From Gemmatimonadaceae bacterium (GTDB taxonomy: Bacteria; Gemmatimonadota; Gemmatimonadetes; Gemmatimonadales; Gemmatimonadaceae), in assembly GCA_052388395.1 (NCBI GenBank), contig JBQTIF010000011.1, positions 1,191 to 65,190 on the forward strand: a stretch of DNA of 64,000 bases, read 5' to 3'. The first letter of the stretch is position 1. Each line of letters opens with the position of its first letter. The translations under genes were made by a program, and so were the position numbers. The notes below the pieces were generated by a model. That model was not told the origin of the DNA. It ran no database searches and saw nothing but the letters and a program-made list of their open reading frames with translations. This document shows, piece by piece, positions 63,555 to 64,000 of the stretch.

Positions 63555-64000
63555 TCATCGTCCGCGCAGCCAGTCGCTAACAGAGTCATAGAATCCTGGA
63601 ACAACGCGCTGAAGGTTGGGAAGCTCGTCGTCGCTGGCTCTTGTCGCTTCAAGCAGAAGGTGACTGGCATTCGGAAAAACCGTGACTGTGAAGTCCGCTC
63701 CTCTGCGGCTTAGCAGCGCTTGAGTGAATCGCGGCACGACAGCAGCAACGGGCGTCTGGGCATCGAGCTCACCGAACATTCCAAGTACGGGACCTTTGTA
63801 CGCGCGCCACGCCGGGAGCGGATCGAAGCTCACCTCAAGCGCCGTATACCACGCATTGCGGTTGCGCCAGTCGACTTCTGACGACAGAGGAAATATCCAG
63901 GCGCTCAGGACCGAATCTGAACGCGCCGCGCGCACGGCGGCGTCGTACTCGCGCGCATCCGCTCCCTCGCCGCGGCGCAGCATAACGAAAAACCGCTTCT
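63555..64000 (-). CDS. Alpha/beta hydrolase, C-terminal part (gene start beyond window end)
   Basis: ORF 63555..63983 is open to the window edge. The pattern ...PVLGMFGELDAQTP...VFPNASHLLL is typical of dienelactone hydrolase/esterase C-termini. Confidence 0.45.
   Translation of the reverse strand, partial: KRFFVMLRRGEGADAREYDAAVRAARSDSVLSAWIFPLSSEVDWRNRNAWYTALEVSFDPLPAWRAYKGPVLGMFGELDAQTPVAAVVPRFTQALLSRRGADFTVTVFPNASHLLLEATRASDDELPNLQRVVPGFYDSVSDWLRGR

Noticed and set aside
1-64000. Interpreting the iterated word as a Chi site or a KOPS/architecture-imparting sequence
   Set aside because: Those elements are strongly orientation-skewed along a replichore and are much rarer. Here the two orientations are 66 versus 67 and the density is about 1 per 0.5 kb. 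This rejection is tentative, because one window cannot exclude a local skew switch.
1-64000. Interpreting the iterated word as a by-product of codon or dipeptide usage
   Set aside because: It uses codons (TTA, CTA, AGG) that high-GC genomes avoid. It occurs in four different frames, encoding four different dipeptides. It also occurs in spacers and in pseudogene remnants, and it is nearly absent from two accessory-looking stretches.

Overview
High-GC bacterial chromosomal segment. The gene content looks like a soil Gemmatimonadota- or Acidobacteriota-type organism, but that is a low-confidence inference. I support about 55 protein-coding genes and saw no rRNA, tRNA, CRISPR array, transposase or integrase. 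Recognisable content: a selenocysteine-containing periplasmic formate dehydrogenase operon (alpha with in-frame UGA plus SECIS-like hairpin, FeS beta, NrfD-type membrane subunit, small lipoprotein, FdhE); an ECF sigma/anti-sigma pair; a TonB-dependent receptor; a Ser/Thr kinase cluster ending in a second ECF-like sigma; a Big_2/RCC1 surface protein; an orphan GspE/PilB-type ATPase fused to a degenerate receiver domain; several peptidases (M20, M28, S8, serine hydrolase); two Tat-signal SDR paralogues; three VapBC-type modules and one MNT/HEPN-like toxin-antitoxin module. The dominant signal is not a gene. It is a non-palindromic word, (G)CCTAACG / CGTTAGG(C), present 133 times as the 7-mer by hand count (66 + 67 by orientation), about one per 480 bp. 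It sits inside genes in all four stop-free frames, on stop codons and as inverted pairs between convergent genes, which is how DNA-uptake-sequence-like or HIP-like iterated words behave. Two stretches nearly devoid of the word coincide with accessory-looking genes. The window also holds unusually many disrupted genes, with frameshifts and two in-frame stops. Family names come from motif recognition by eye, no searches were run, and start codons are approximate.
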